This document shows, piece by piece, positions 62,901-64,000 of a DNA stretch of 64,000 bases (position 1 is its first letter; each line of letters opens with the position of its first letter). The notes under the pieces were generated by a model. That model was not told the origin of the DNA. It worked only from the letters and a program-made list of their open reading frames with translations, and did no database searches. Both the position numbers and the translations under genes were made by a program. This stretch comes from Lama glama. Lineage: Eukaryota. The stretch is from NCBI GenBank assembly GCA_028534125.1, contig CM052816.1, forward strand, positions 38,938,001 through 39,002,000, read 5' to 3'.

Positions 62901-63524
62901 TCATGTATTATTTCTAGCAAACACACGGTCCCCTCTGAGGGTTAGGTGTTGAAGCTGGTACTGTAGCACTTCTGTGTCAGCTGGCTCCTTGATGTTCATT
63001 TTATCTAGATTGAGGTAGTCCAGAGATTTGGAGTGAGCCCTCTTACCTTTAAGAAGACAAAGAGGCAGAGGCCCATGGAGGGCCTTGTAAGGTTCATAAG
63101 GTAAAGATTTAGTGCACTTGTCTCCTGAGCTGGGCATCCGCCTTCGCCTCCTGCCGTTGACAGCTGGAATCTCATATGGCTGGTAGTACCTACTTCTGGT
63201 TTTGTACAAACGAGAGGAACGTGCAAGTCCTGCATCCAGCTGTTTGGAGCGCAAGGAAGGCATGGCTTCTCCCTTACTCTCTTCACCTCCTGTGCACTTC
63301 TGGGCTAACTTCAGGAGTTCCTCACCAGTCGTGAAGCCAACCAAATAGTTAGAGTCCATGTGGAGGATCTGGTAGCCTGACACAGTCCGGCGCATGGGCG
63401 AGCACGGTGTGCTGGAGCAGCGGGGCTTCTCTGCCTCTGCCTTTCCCGGGGAGCCGGCCTCGGCCACGGGCAAGGGCAGGGTGCTCAGGGTACTTCTGGA
63501 CTCTCCATTAACATCTACTTCCAT
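62901..63524 (-). CDS. MACIR: Macrophage immunometabolism regulator (C5orf30, UNC119-binding protein), 207 aa, single coding exon
   Basis: Intact ORF MEVDVNGESRSTL...PRCSSTPCSPMRRTVSGYQILHMDSNYLVGFTTGEELLKLAQK...LQYQLQHLTLRGDRVFARNNT* recognised as C5orf30/MACIR; ATG at 63524 in strong Kozak context (AAAATGG); the ORF track's 63545 start is an upstream GTG. Confidence 0.96.
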   Translation of the reverse strand: MEVDVNGESRSTLSTLPLPVAEAGSPGKAEAEKPRCSSTPCSPMRRTVSGYQILHMDSNYLVGFTTGEELLKLAQKCTGGEESKGEAMPSLRSKQLDAGLARSSRLYKTRSRYYQPYEIPAVNGRRRRRMPSSGDKCTKSLPYEPYKALHGPLPLCLLKGKRAHSKSLDYLNLDKMNIKEPADTEVLQYQLQHLTLRGDRVFARNNT

Positions 63525-63547
63525 TTTAGGCACCAGTCTGCACACTC

Positions 63548-63575
63548 CTAAAAGCAGACAGACTCAGATTAGAAA
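63548..63575 (-). promoter_or_regulatory. MACIR: Splice acceptor and branch point of the MACIR coding exon (exon begins 63547)
   Basis: Minus strand: ttttCTAATctgagtctgtctgcttttAG|GAGTGTGCAGACTGGTGCCTAAAATG; CTAAT branch motif ~21 nt upstream. This indicates the intron-containing gene rather than a retrocopy. Confidence 0.85.
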
Positions 63576-64000
63576 AGCACAATGCGCAGAACCCCAGGCC
63601 AAGCCAGGCCGTTTTAGAAGGCTCAGGGAGCGTGAAATCACACTGGCCCGAAAAACAGCCCATGCACCACGGACAGATTTTTATCTGTGTCTGTTAAACG
63701 TTCCACAGCAGGCATGAAACGACTACAACTCCTTTGCCTTCAAGAATTTGAAAGCAGGTTAAATTAAAGTCTGAAGGACTAGTAAAAGGTTCAGATGGAG
63801 AAGCAAATAGAAAACAATAGTTCTCTAAGTGCAGTGCTCCATTCAGTCACACAAAGTTGATTCCTTTTTGCAATTACTAAGCAAATCAAATATAGATCTC
63901 AACTTAAATGAAGCAAATAAAATAATCATACACAATTTCACAAGAATCCACAATATGTTTCCAACAAGAAAATTTAAATCTTTACATATTTCATCATTTA

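Noticed and set aside
63005..63286. Alternative-frame 93-aa ORF inside MACIR
   Set aside because: GTG start, and a length expected by chance in GC-richer coding DNA; no independent support
62901..63524. MACIR as a processed pseudogene (intronless CDS)
   Set aside because: A splice acceptor with branch point precedes it, the ORF is intact, no poly(A) tail or TSD is seen, and the native gene has a single coding exon
63394..63717. Antisense 107-aa ORF over the MACIR start
   Set aside because: Largely the antisense shadow of the CDS; no promoter or splice evidence
1..64000. A novel multi-gene or prokaryote-style system (operon, CRISPR array, defence locus)
   Set aside because: The window is repeat-rich mammalian intergenic DNA with one known gene; there is no repeat-spacer array and no cluster of credible ORFs

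Overview
AT-rich, CpG-depleted mammalian genomic DNA, most likely from a camelid (camel, llama or alpaca), judged from a vic-1-type tRNA-derived SINE and camelid-like L1 3' ends recognised from memory. The only supportable protein-coding gene is MACIR (C5orf30) on the minus strand at the right end. Its single coding exon is present with splice acceptor (63548-63549), a 207-aa CDS (63524->62901) and a ~1.8-2.1 kb 3' UTR with two good polyadenylation candidates; its promoter and 5' UTR exons lie beyond the window. The other ~60 kb is downstream intergenic sequence: old L1M, L2, MIR, MaLR/ERVL LTRs and DNA transposons, plus younger 5'-truncated L1 insertions with clear target-site duplications (TSDs). 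I found no evidence of a novel multi-gene system. The most interesting items are an open in-frame N-terminal extension of MACIR, a twin-primed inverted L1, a probably composite ERV1 solo LTR, a CpG-retaining MER44 beside a TATA/YY1/E-box cluster, several motif clusters that may be enhancers, and small template-switch palindromes and duplications. Repeat subfamily names come from recall of consensus sequences, not a database search, and repeat boundaries are approximate unless a TSD is quoted.
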